Part shown: positions 46,601 to 58,168 of the stretch, piece after piece | Layout of the letters: each line of letters opens with the position of its first letter | Numbering within the stretch: position 1 is the stretch's first letter | NCBI RefSeq assembly: GCF_000002075.1 | Contig: NW_004798308.1 | Span: 57,163-119,798, forward strand | Length of the DNA: 62,636 nucleotides | DNA from: Aplysia californica | Lineage: Eukaryota | Direction: 5' to 3' | Position numbers and translations under genes: made by a program | Notes under the pieces: model-generated | What the model was told of the DNA's origin: nothing | What the model saw: only the letters and a program-made list of their open reading frames with translations | Databases searched by the model: none

Positions 46601-47949
46601 TCATTGAGCCATTAGCCACTGGCTTCCACTTTAAACCTGACCCTGATATCAACTAATCACTCAGTAGTCTACTGCTACTCTATTTGAAATTTTGACTAAA
46701 ATCCCCTCTTATTAAAAGGATGGGGCTTTTTATCATTTTCCTCATAAATTCTCACAATGACAATGTACAATGAACAATCTAAGTTGTAAATTGTAGAGAC
46801 TTTTGATCACTAAAATTAAAGAGTAAAATCCCTTGAAAAGTGAATAATATTAAAATTATATTAGTTGGTATTATTTTATTTTCACTGTATCTACTGTCTA
46901 ACACTCAAGTGTTGTATACTTTACTTGTTCATTTTTATCCGTTTTACACTAGGGATGGGCAGGTACCGGTACCCAGTACCAGAACTCCCGGTCCTACCGA
47001 AGGAGGTGTAAGTACCGGCACCAGGCCTCCAGTACCGGCTCTGGGAAGGAGCCGACACCAACGGTTAGTACGGGCTCTGGGAAGGAGCCGACACCTAGAT
47101 GCTCAGAGAGTAAGAACGTATAGGCCGACACCAACGGTTTTTTAACCTAGCCAAGGGAAGTGTGCTGTGTGTATGCATCTCCAGTGTAGTCTAAGCCTTG
47201 GCCTAGCAGCTGTGACGTCAGATGCACACAACGCAGCTGGTGACCTTGATACATGACTTCAGATTCAAAATTGACAATGAAAAACGAAGTTTGCTTGAAT
47301 TTGAACATTGCATCAAATCAGGATCCACGTGAGCCACTTTGTATAAATTGATACCTTGATTCCGAAAATGAAATCAGTTTTTAGCGACAATAATAATTTT
47401 AAAAATTGTGCATGCAGAGTCTTATCCCGCACGGCGGCAAACTTCAAAGGTATTTTGCGTCACAGTTCGCCTCTCCAATTCTAACGTGCGTGTGCGGGAA
47501 AGAGGGGGGTGGGGAGGTTTGCGGGCGGTGCTGATCTTTTGGTGTGAGACGCAAGACGCGAAGTCTGTGACGTCACCTACTGGTGTCACTCCTTGTACTG
47601 GTGCCGGTGCCGGTACTGGCGGTTCTCGGCACCCAGTACCGAGAAAGTGTCGACACTGGGTTTCGCCGGTACCGCCCAACACTATTTTACACATATAAGA
47701 CTGAGCCCTGAGCTTACACACTTACTTACTTACTTACTCAACTGGCCTTGCCTTATTTTTACTTTAAGATTTTCTCATCTGTCTAGCTTAGGCTTAATTA
47801 AAACAAGAAAGTGCCTATCACGTTTCATACCCACCTTGGGAGGAACTGGACAAAAACCTAAGCTGTCTATAACCTGCTGTTTGCTTTTGAAATAACAAAC
47901 GACATGCTGAGCTCAAAGAGCTACATCTGAAGGTTGTGGAGGCTGCCAT
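37683..47949 (-). CDS. MRPS22: Mitochondrial small-subunit ribosomal protein S22; exons 47949-47835, 46095-45899, 44284-44120, 43062-42919, 41002-40919, 40006-39861, 38583-38469, 37790-37683
   Basis: Ser/Arg-rich mitochondrial presequence (MAASTTFRCSS...). Motifs VQELLTRITGFDL, YKLMTDEQL, LQMPP, YVFVDIS, VIREVDGTLR.A.W...RMNQIY, YVLDRACCQFEPDDPDFIR, LRSTRHFGPLAFYLAW. All junctions are GT-AG and in phase. Confidence 0.93.
41003..42390. repeat. 125-bp tandem repeat in MRPS22 intron 4
   Basis: CTGTARACAGAGTCAAACAC recurs at 41235, 41360, 41566, 41685, 41810, 41935, 42060 and 42185. Confidence 0.95.
43420..43772 (-). mobile_element. Full-length tRNA-derived SINE with an L2-like tail
   Basis: Head GGTAGTCTAGTAGTTAAGC...GGTTCGAGC; core GTGTCCTTGGAAAAGGCACTTTAC...CACCCAGGTGAGAATGGGTACC...GCACTGTATGCTTCCCGGGAAG; tail GTAAAGCGCATAGAG...GCGCTATTCAAAT..(TTA). 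Fragments at about 1330-1530, 5826-5880 and 13170-13215. Confidence 0.8.
45495..45692 (+). mobile_element. RTE-like LINE 3' end with a (TGA)n tail
   Basis: LENIVTTGKFEGKRGRGRQREK...DRVKWRSMIAHA, followed by (TGA)n. Confidence 0.75.
46950..47684. mobile_element. Non-autonomous hAT element (735 bp) in MRPS22 intron 1
   Basis: Perfect 8-bp TSD TTTTACAC at 46942-46949 and 47685-47692. Termini TAGGGATGGGC / GCCCAACACTA with subterminal GTACCGG repeats. Confidence 0.9.
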
Positions 47950-48386
47950 CTTGTTTATTAAGATTCAATAAACATTTCGCCTTTGTTGATTTAAACGAAA
48001 GAAAACTTCTACGTCTATGAGAACTCAGGGGCCTTTACTCTGTACACACAGCAACGTTGATAGCAACCACCGCATACCCGACGAACACATACGCGTTAGG
48101 GATATAGATCCTTTGTAAACAGACGCAAGAAAATTCAAGATATATATTTTATTAACTGAAGCACGAAAGTATACTACTTTTATTACCAGCAATTTGATTG
48201 CATGTCAAGGAAAAACAAACTGTTGTCTACGTTCAGCTCCTTATCAAACGACATCTTTATCAACTTTGTATTCGTCCACCTGAACACAAACAAGGTGTGC
48301 GTGAAAATCTCAACACGGCGGAACAGGACCAATATATTTTATTTCTTGAGTATTTGATACCCAGTTTTTAGGGAACGTGATTGAAA
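47940..48386. promoter_or_regulatory. Bidirectional promoter, MRPS22 / CFAP107
   Basis: Divergent ATGs separated by only 437 bp. YY1-like CAAGATGGCAGCC overlaps the MRPS22 ATG. RFX half-site-like GTTGATAGCAAC at 48056-48067. Confidence 0.6.
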
Positions 48387-51300
48387 ATGCAGAGGCACAT
48401 TACAGACAGGGTGGATTTCTCTAAGTTTGGAGTTCCTAGCTGGAGGATAGAACAGAGATATGCGCCTGGAGTTTTGATTGGCAACTGGTCAGAGGAGCGA
48501 CTGGCGGTTAGTTATCTTAGTAGGCCTAGTTATCTCTATACTATACTAGATTTCTAGATCATAGATTATAATATTACAGACCTGATGTATGAATTACGTT
48601 TTGAATTGTGTATCTTCTAGCCATCCACCAAGTCCCAATTCTATTTTGGCTATTCTTTCGTCTCCGTCACTCCCAAAAATGTGGATGTCACTGTTATGTG
48701 TTGTGTGATTAGTGTAAAAATTGAGATAAAATTATTATTTATAACGAGAATATTAAATAAGACTTAAATTAATGACAAAAGACATCAGTCATGATCAGTG
48801 GAGTGTACCCCTTCACCTCACTCTTTCCTTTTCACTTTGGAGGTGTCCAAGTAGATAATTATCTACACCTAGTTTTCTCATATAATAATTATATATATAT
48901 GAAAATGCTTTTATTCTCGTTGGAAAGACGTACGGTTCTTCTGTGGATTTCAAGAGTCACAACTCAGTTCTTATCTATTGGTTTCCCTTGTTCATTCTAT
49001 GATAGAATTTAATGTTTCTTTGATGATGTACTGACTCACGAGGGAGGTTAATTACAGCTAGAGTGTTGGTGATGTTTAAAAATAGTAAATGATATCAAAT
49101 AGGCCTTTATATAGGTTACGCCTGTCTGAGGGATGTGCAATTTTTTTAATGCAATTGAAAACTAGAACAGGCTTCAGCTTCTTAGTGAATTTTGAGACCA
49201 ATTATTGTCACCCTGATTTAGTAAAGTATTAATTTTTATTAAGGAACTAAATATGAAACAGATGGTCACAATTATGTGTAAGTGGGGAAAATATGACTGA
49301 ATGGGTGAGACTGTCCGACACTTTGACTATACTTCAGAGGAATTAATTGATTGAACCAACATAGGATGTCATCGATCTTGCAATTGACCTACTGGGCAGA
49401 GCTCACATGCTTAAGCAAAAAGTATGTGTAAGTGCATATAGTGGTGTACTTCATTTTGTCGTCTGCTAGTCTACGCATTCCCCTCGCCCTTCACCCCAAC
49501 CCCTCCTTCTGATAAAAATGGCCTCACGTTATCAGTTACAGCATTACTTTGCCTGTTTTGGTTGCTTGTATGAACTATCGAGGAACCGATGTGCTAGAAA
49601 ATCTGGGGTGCTATTTTAAATAAATATAAGGAGGATGCAAAGGGTGCCCTCTCCTTTCCTCCTCGTCCTCACACCCCCAAGTGTCTTTCATTGAACTTTG
49701 TAACAGAAAAGTTCATGTGTAAATCGGACCTTGAAGGGGACCTCTTCTTAGCATACACTAAGTATGATAAAGCAGCTTAGAAAAGTTTATTAGCCATAGC
49801 TAAACCTGTTCTTAAACAGATTTCTAGGCTTAATACCACAGTCGGATTTGTCGACATATATGGCCACCCATTGTCAACGCAAGGTGGAATATCTTTGAAG
49901 TGGCTGCTTGTACAGGTGATTGTCTTGGACAGGTGGCTGTTAGATCAGGTTCGACTATTAGAAAAGGTTCTTAGATGGGCAAAATAATTAAGAAAAAATA
50001 TTTTTCAGAATAAAGATAGGCTCGTAGACAGCGCCTGCTTTTTATGCGGAGTATCTGCATTTCATCTCATCTCATCTTTCATGCTTTCATATCTTAACTC
50101 CTGCAATCCTCTCTTTGGAAACCTTCCATCTAAAATGATAAACAGATAACAGGGACTTCAGAATCAAGTTGCTGTTGAAAATGTAATAAGAAACCTTGTT
50201 TGCCTTGCGTGCTTGTTGTGTGCCTTTCATTGTAGCAAGCTATTTCTCTTTCTGTTTCAGTTTCCAAAAGGCAAATATCAGCATAACTCTACAAATCGAG
50301 TCGACTTCAAAAACTATGGCTCGGTTGAGCCAGACGTATTGTTGCGTCGCAAAGCAAAGCTCGGCAGTGAGGGCATCCCCGCGGACATGCTGTTTCGCCA
50401 CCATGGCCGTGCTTATGACAACATGATGATCACTTTGTACGATGAAAACTATAACGGCAGATGGAAGGAGAGGGACATGCCCCATCTGCGGTCCTGGGAT
50501 GGCCAAAAATTGGGCTGGCTCCCTGAAAGAACTGATCATCCCCTCAGAGGTATGCTGCTTTATGGTGATGTAAATCCTGAACTCATTCAGTGCTGAGAGT
50601 GATTCCATTCATATTTCGTATACATTTAATTGGGTATATTCAGAAAAAGCCTTCAAACAAAAACTGCTGAACCAGTCTTTATGTATGGCTTTTTTAAATT
50701 CCAACAATGGAAATTCAGCATTTACAGTTGTAAGGTCTAGGGAAACTTTTTGTCAAGCTAAGAGAGTAAAATTAAAAATAGCACAGATTTTATAGTTTTG
50801 AAGGAAATATAGTGGTCAAATAAACTAGGCTCATGCTCAGTTCATTAAAAAATACGTCTGATTTTTTGTTCAGATAGTAATTGTGTTAATTCTACCAAGG
50901 TTTTTTTAAGAACTGTTGGAACTCTGTTTAGTTGAACTGAGTTTGACCTCGTGAGAAAAAAATGTGTCAGTTCACGGTTGAGTTTGTCACTGTATTTGAA
51001 ATTGAAAGATCACTCTGCCATACTTTAAAAGGATTTTTTCCTCAAGACCTATTTAGTTTTAAAATTACGTAACAGTGTTTGTAATTTATGTAAGTTGTAC
51101 ATTCTCAAGTGAGATTGCATCCTAGTTTCATTCAGTGGCTTTGATCATATATGCTGGATTGATTTTACTTTCAGAGCAATACGTTCCTTTTCCACTACAA
51201 CTGGATCTGTATTCTTGATTTCGTAACTCATCACAGAACAAGACAAAATTTTCTCCTGATCATCAGTCAAGCCTTACTTTTCCGACATTTGATACTGACT

Positions 51301-51700
51301 GCAATATTGGCATTTTGGAAGCCCCCCCTTTCAACATTGTCAGATTATCACACAGATGAAAGTAATAAACGCGTATTCCTTTACATTGAATGACTTTCTG
51401 TTGTTTCTATTTCCGTCTGTAGGGCCCCCCACCAACTTTGGACTGAAGGAACACGTTGAAGCCCAGCAGTTGGCCAGACAGCAAGAGATGAACCGCCCGG
51501 ACTTTGAGTCCACTTACTCAGGCTCCTACAAGGATCAGCCTCTGGACTCGATGCGCTTCACAAGATATGCCACCCCGAAACATCTGTCCACCACCCTGCT
51601 GCCGTCCAACAAGTCGAACAATGACCTTCACCTTCGTGGCAAGCCCAATTTGAGACTGCCGGAGATTATGCCTGCGGAGCTTACACAAATTTCTGTGTAG
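48387..51700 (+). CDS. CFAP107: Cilia- and flagella-associated protein 107 (C1orf158) homolog, a microtubule inner protein; exons 48387-48506, 50261-50549, 51423-51700
   Basis: PSWRIEQRYAPGVLIGNWSEER, HHG...ITLYDENYN, LRSWDGQKLGWLPERTDHPLRGPPTNFGL and STYSGSY match the recalled C1orf158 pattern (PSW.IE.KY...VL.GNW.EER; LR.W.GQKL.WLPE..D.PL..PPTNYGL). Phases 0 and 1 are consistent. Confidence 0.9.
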
Positions 51701-53277
51701 AAATAAATGTGTGTGCCTTAAATCATACAGGTTGGAACACCTGCTATTGCTCATACTGAATGAAGTTTTTTGCAGCCATATATGGTGATGTAGATGAAGC
51801 GGAGCTTGGGGTTTGAAAGAACAGTAGTTTTTGGCGGAAAGTTTCTTACAACATAAGATATATAGGCTCGCACATTCACAGCAGAGACATGGAAGCAAAA
51901 ATGAATTTGTTTAGAAATCAAAAGGTTGGATTTTAACCTCGTAACCCCATGTCTTGAATCTATGTAGATGTAAAAGGGAATACTTTTACTCGTAGTGGTG
52001 GAGTTTCAAAAAACAAAAGTGGTCTCTTAAACTGCTAACATAAGGAGAGGCCCATAAAGGAAAATTTGTTCAAAAAGTGAAAAACGTATGATCATTCTTT
52101 AAAATGTTTACAAGTCGAAAGCAATGTTTATCTGATCCTAGAACTATTTTGCCCTTCATGGAAGAACAGTTTATCTCGTGTATTATGGTTTGTGATGTCG
52201 AGATTTGTTTGATTATTTTACTGGTCTGTGGTTCAATTGTTCCAATATCATAACTGAAATAATCTGTGATATCTCTGTACAGATTTTATGTGTCCGTATT
52301 GTGTAATATTTTTCATTGAAGAGAATGTTTGCCATTAGTCTCTCTTCTTTCATTTGAATCTCTTTCAGTTAGTTAATGTCTAGAGGCGTCGTTTTGTTGT
52401 TTTCTTCAGAATCATCAAAGGAGACTTTAAAAGAATTTCACTGGATATATTGCAATTCTTCTGACTCTGATTCTAAATTCATTCGGTACGTATAGGCGGT
52501 TTGGACAATCTTTTTTTTTGTTTTGTTTTTTTGTTGTTGTTTTTTTTTATCACGTATGAATTAAGGTAATGCATCTAGGGAAAAGCTTAAGCAATCTGTA
52601 GTTGATGCCTGAAGTGACCTTCATGGTCAATAGTCTGGAGAGTAGATTTTCTTCCTGTTTCATTGTGTTACAAATCTTTTGAAACTCTGACTTACTTTTA
52701 AGATTTGTTTTGTACAGAGTTATAATAAAAGGTTTCTGAGACTAATCCATAATATACGTGTTCATGTTTGTACAAATAAACGGTTTCCAGTATTACCTAC
52801 GATGCTTTTGCCAGTTGAAATGTTGTGTTCTTTTCCTTATAAACTTCACAGGAAATGAATTGATAGTTTGACACTTCATCGCCAACAGGCTTTAGTCTGT
52901 GTCTGACCAACTCTACTGAATTTGAAGACCGAGCAAATGGGTGGAGAGTCTTTTAGTAAAACTTTTACTCTTTGCAGTCACACAGCCAGCAGTACAAAAT
53001 ACCCGATCTGGTCACCCAGCCAGGAGAGCGACTGCAACGGACTTCTCGGGCCTGGCACTGAACTGCGCCAGGTGACAGGAATGGATAATTTTCACCGGTG
53101 CATTATTGCGCCAAATGACCACAAAGTGTTAAAGTTATAAACACTCACCAAAGTAACCCAAGTTCAGAATGCCTCCTGGGTCATCCCCATTCCCTAGTCC
53201 AGCATGATACCATTTGAGCCAACAAAATTGTTCTTATAGGCTTTAATTTGTGTCTTTGCTCAACTTCACACCACCAG

Positions 53278-53420
53278 CGTCTGTGGTAGGACCTATAGTG
53301 TTTGGCACTTCTCTGTTGCACACAGGAGTCTCGAGTTCGATTCCCAAATGAGGAGAAATTTTTATAGAGTATAGGTCTTTTGAAGGAATGTTGTACTTGA
53401 AACCCTCTCAGCACAGGTTG
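53278..53420 (+). mobile_element. tRNA-derived SINE head (second family)
   Basis: GTCTGTGGT...GAGTTCGATTCCC...GAGAAATTTTTA. Related pieces at about 24350-24430(-) and 35122-35215(+). Confidence 0.55.
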
Positions 53421-53692
53421 GCCTTTACAAGCAGGGTCAGAAGCCCGTCTCCTTTATGATCTAAATTTTGTCAATTGCGGTGTAAAAAAACACCCACTTT
53501 TATTTGTAATATTTTCTTTTAATTGAAATAACCTCATAATACTCATATCTTCTGCCTCAAGTAAGAATTAAATGAAACTCAAACTCAAAAACGAAAGCCT
53601 GTAATTCCTATGAAACAATTTAATGTTATGTTCATTCTGAATTTTTCCTTTCTTCCCTTCACTTGAGTTGTTGGGAACAGACTTTGTCGTCA

Positions 53693-56600
53693 TCAATCAT
53701 GGCAGTTCTTGATCCCACCGCTGACCGCCCTGAAGAGAAAAAAATTAAAATAAGAGCAAAGTACATGTAAATGTATCATGTTTTTTAGTTTTAGTAAGAG
53801 TTTTACGGCACTTGCAACACAATAAAGTCATATAAGTGCCGAAGATTAGAAGTGTTACTGGAGAGTAACAAACACAAAAAAAAAGAAGGAGGGGAGAGAG
53901 AGAGAAGATAGATTTTGTTAGTATAGGAAAGAAGGAGCAAACTACACCAGAGCACCCGCCAACTACCCAGCAGGAATAAGCTCCTAACAGTGGATTTCAA
54001 TTAAGTTTTGCTCAATCCATATCTTTACAAAGAAAATGTAAGGGGGCTCTCAATCTCACGGCCACCTCACATTCAATCAATAGGTAGGCCTACTGGGTTC
54101 GAAACCTGATGACAGAAAAGAGCTATTCTGTCCCCTCGGTTTTATGCACACACAAAAATTCTGAAATTATGCAAACTGAGCCCAAAAATGTGAAATTATG
54201 CGATTCTGTTAATTTTAATAAAGAATGATAAAGGAAAATAATCCCAGAAATTGTGCAAAAAAATGATCAAATTTTGCTAAATTATGCGGGGTGCATAAAA
54301 CCCCGGGGACAGGCTATTAGTATTACTGTGACAGTTAACTGTTCTTTGATACATGTAGTCACGTGCGGCCTTCTTTGCAACCTCATGGGGGTTTTTTGTT
54401 TTTTTTGGGGGGGGCTTTTTATTTATTTTTTAAAAAGTGAATTTGGGTGTTCAGGTGTTTTTACGACCGATCATCGTCACAATGTAAATCATTTAGGAGA
54501 CAGGCTTTCGACCCTGCCTTCTATCATGCAGGGCCAACCGGGACTGAGAGGGATACAATACATACACATGTATCCCAGCAGTCGATCAAAATTCTCTCTC
54601 CGAGTAACTCAGGGATCGAACCAGAGTCACCTGACCTGGGAACAGCAGAGAGTGCCTATCGCTTCACAACGACATATTTGTACGTTCTGTGCCGTGTACC
54701 AAGCACATCCGTCGCAGGTTGGGGTTTTTTTTTTTATTCTTTTTTTTTTTGGGGGGGGAGGGGGTGTTGTACCTGGCTCTTCTCCTTTTTTGTTGTTGTT
54801 GTTGCTGTTGTTGTTGTTTGTTACTCTCTTTTAATACGTCTATATTCGACACTTAATGACCTTATTGAGTTGCAACTGCCATAAATCTCTTACTCAACTT
54901 ACTTAGGCCTACTTGAAATTACTACATATTACACCATCTGGCGTCTAGGGCAGCAACATCAACAAAGGATCTTCATCTCTGTCTGTTTTGGGCCATCTTG
55001 GTCAACGTCCCCCACGAATGGTTCCAAGACTTCATTTCAGACTCTACTGTGCGTCTCCAGGTCACCTTGGGTCTGCCCCTCTTGCGATGTCCATCGGGGG
55101 TCCAGAGGAGTGCAGTCTTTACTATAGAATCTTGTTCTCTTCTCAGAACATGCCCAATCCATCTCCATCTTCTCCCTGTTATTATGGTGGTCATGTCCTC
55201 TTGCCTGTATTTCCGGAAAAGATCTCTTACTTAAACTAAACTAATATTATAACATCGTTTCTGTGGGGATGCAGTTCCTATTCAGACCGTATTATAATAT
55301 AAGTCCAGACAGGCAAAATGAAAGCTTCGCCTGCATCCTCAACAATCTAAATCACACTAGTCAAATTCCAGGCCTGTACATAGGCTGCAGCATTCTGACC
55401 TGTTGAGCAATTCTATTCCGGCCCGCGAAAGAGTCACATTATGTATGTAGTCCATTCTGAGAATCTCCACAATACAAGTACATGTACAAAACCTTACCTG
55501 TGTTCCACAGAATTCTAGAATCCTGTGCTATGTTCCGAACTCCAAATATAATTAATATTAACGAATTTGTTGCCGAGAAAAAAAGTACATTGTGTACAAC
55601 TGGCTGTAGTTGTGGCTTAATTTGTAACTATTTTATTTAACTTCCGCAATTCAAATCAGAGGTTGATTGTTTTGTTTTATTTTGTTGGGGTTTGTTTGGT
55701 GGGGTTGTTTTTGTTTTTTGTTGGGGGTTTTTTTTGGGGGGGGGTTTGTAAAGTGAAGTTGTCCACTTTTGAATGAGTGGTTATTCAATTCAGCCCACAA
55801 CCTTAAATGTTAATGTCTTTTGAGCTGAGTTTGACCATCTGAAAGACTGAGTTTGATACATAGATCTATACCTGTCCCCGCTGTTTTATGCAAAAGAAAT
55901 TCTGAAATTATGCAAACTGAGCCCAGAAATGTGAAATTATGCGATTCTGTTAATTTTAACAAAGAATGATAAAAAAAAATAATCAGAAATTATGCCCAAA
56001 AAATGATCAAATTTTGCTAAATGATGCGGGGTGCATGAAACCCCGGGGACAGATCTACCTCTGGTCCAAATTGTGTTGATTTGTACGTGTATAATTACAA
56101 GCTTGTTAAACACCGACTATCATTCTACCAACAAAAAAACCAAAAAAAACGAATCCGTTGACGGCGTTCACTCACCGTGCGCACTGTTGTTGACAGATGT
56201 CGTCTGTTATCTGTTCCTCTGTGTCCAGGGCCATGATGAAGAGGGCGTCGCAAAGATTCACACACTCTGACTCGGTCATACCGGGGTGAAGATCCGACAA
56301 AGCGAGTACCTCATTGCACACAGTGTGGCCTGGGTGGGCAAAGGTAGAACATTCCATATTTAACTCTTTAAAGAACGTACATATATAGTATAAAAGACAC
56401 AAAATTCGCTACTCAAAAATTACAAAGCTCGACTATCTGTTTAGTACCTAGTTTTGAGAAATTATGAAGTTAAAAATTGTTAGTTTCATGACATGTCGAG
56501 CTTTTCCGAATGCAGTTCTTTGAATATCTTGATAACGATTCCGAATAATCTTCCGATTTTGATGGAGTAAGTAGAACATTAAAATTATGGTTTCTGACTT

Positions 56601-57490
56601 CATGGTCTTAGTACCGGTACACGTAACTCAAAACGGCCAGAAATGCCAGATATAGAACACCAAATGGCAGGTTGCAAAATAAAAGCGTTCTATGGTCAGA
56701 ACCATTAGAAAAAGATAACTGAGGTTCTTTGGCCACACATACAGATCTAATGGATTAGAGAAACTGCTGCCGTCTGGAAAGATGGGGGGGGGAGGGGAGA
56801 AGAGCAGAGGAAGACAAAGAGCAACATACACAGAGGGCGTGGACAACGTTGTAACGAATAATACAGTGAGAGAAACTGAGCAGATCAAAAAGACTGATCG
56901 TGATCGTCTATGTCTGCTCCAGACCTGACGCCTGAAGAAGAAGGAGATTCCTATGGAGTCTGGGGTGCTATATTTATACTCCTCCCTTCCCAAATCCTCA
57001 CCACCACCCCCCCCCCCCCCCCCCCCCTTCCCAGAAAATTGCCATCTAACCGAGGGTTGCAGCCTTGCATGCTTCCTCGCAAGAAAGAGGCAGAGATTAT
57101 TGAAGCCGGGGCATTTGAGCTCCCACAATAAAACTTGTAAGATGGCGGTCCTGGAATGGAATGCTGGAGAACTCCGCCCTTCCATTGTGGATGTACAGCA
57201 CCTAGAGAAGAGGCCACACCCCACCTCACCCCACACCACACAGAAAACCTAGATATGATATAATCTTTAATTACAGTCGTATGGTGTAGGCCAAAACTGT
57301 TGTGTGCAGTCCAAAAACACCCCATTGAAATTCATGTAAGATAAGAACAAGAATGTTGATACTACGGTGTAATGCGTTTCTTGAACATGAACCAAACGAT
57401 CTTTGCATGAACTCACTCACCAATATTCAAGGCGTCCGCAACTCCAAGACACATCGTGACGAAAAGCACACACTTGAAGTTGAAGAGCAT
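53693..57490 (-). CDS. Small secreted cysteine-rich protein, 86 aa; exons 57490-57421, 56329-56176, 53729-53693
   Basis: Spliced product MLFNFKCVLFVTMCLGVADA/LNIGHTVCNEVLALSDLHPGMTESECVNLCDALFIMALDTEEQITDDICQQQCARAVSGGIKNCHD*. Signal peptide ends in A-D-A and the mature part has 6 Cys. Both donors are GTGAGT and both acceptors are CAG, in phase. Confidence 0.78.
54128..54312. mobile_element. ~185-bp MITE (TIR CTGTCCCC..GGTTTTATGCA)
   Basis: Inverted termini. Copies at about 55872-56052 and truncated at 31797-31950. Confidence 0.8.
54945..55225 (-). mobile_element. RTE-clade LINE C-terminal fragment
   Basis: RRWRWIGHVLRR...ALLWTPDGHRKRGRPKVTWRRTVESE...AQNR. Confidence 0.88.
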
Positions 57491-57855
57491 AATTCTTTCT
57501 GTTCTCTTTTCCGAATCTGGATTCCTCTCCTTTTGATGTTTGTCACTGTTCCGGATGAATAACCAACAACTGCAAGAGTAGGCTCGTTTGTTACATGTAT
57601 CTTAACTGGGTTATTTTCCTAAGTGCACCCCTGACAACTGAAACACGGTATTAAAATAATATTGTTACAAGCGGACTCATTCAGTGCACTTCTTCACACA
57701 GAACAACGTCACAGCCGCAGTATTTTCCCGAACAGGAGTGATGCCACTACATTGTAGACCTTGATGAAGCATTAACCTCTTCACTGCTGCCGTGAAGACG
57801 TGTTGATTCACTTGTAATTTCCCAAACTGGTTCTCTGGCACCATTTTTCTTCTGG

Positions 57856-57870
57856 TTTATAGGGCGGGGA
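57856..57870 (-). promoter_or_regulatory. GC box plus TATA box upstream of the secreted-protein gene
   Basis: The minus strand reads TCCCCGCCCTATAAA, about 370 bp upstream of the ATG at 57490. Confidence 0.45.
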
Positions 57871-57919
57871 CGTTCTGAAAATACCATGTATCTGTTACTT
57901 TTGGTGGGGGGGGTTTTAA

Positions 57920-58168
57920 CGTTATCCGTACGCCCTGGGGTCATTTCTTACCCCGGTGTTGTATTCTTCACATTTTAGAATCCAAAAATGTACTTCTAGT
58001 GCTAAGATCTCTTTGAAATTGTCAGTATTTATCAAAAAATCATTTTGACAGATTGCTATGCAAAGCGTAAGGGTCGGATTAACGAGTAAATTTCCTCTTT
58101 GGAAAGTGGTGGCAAAGAGTTCCCCACGTCGTATAGATACGATAGAAAAACACGACGTACGGATAGGG
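57920..58168 (-). mobile_element. piggyBac-type TTAA MITE copy
   Basis: Reverse copy of 5430-5671, TTAA-flanked. Confidence 0.8.
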
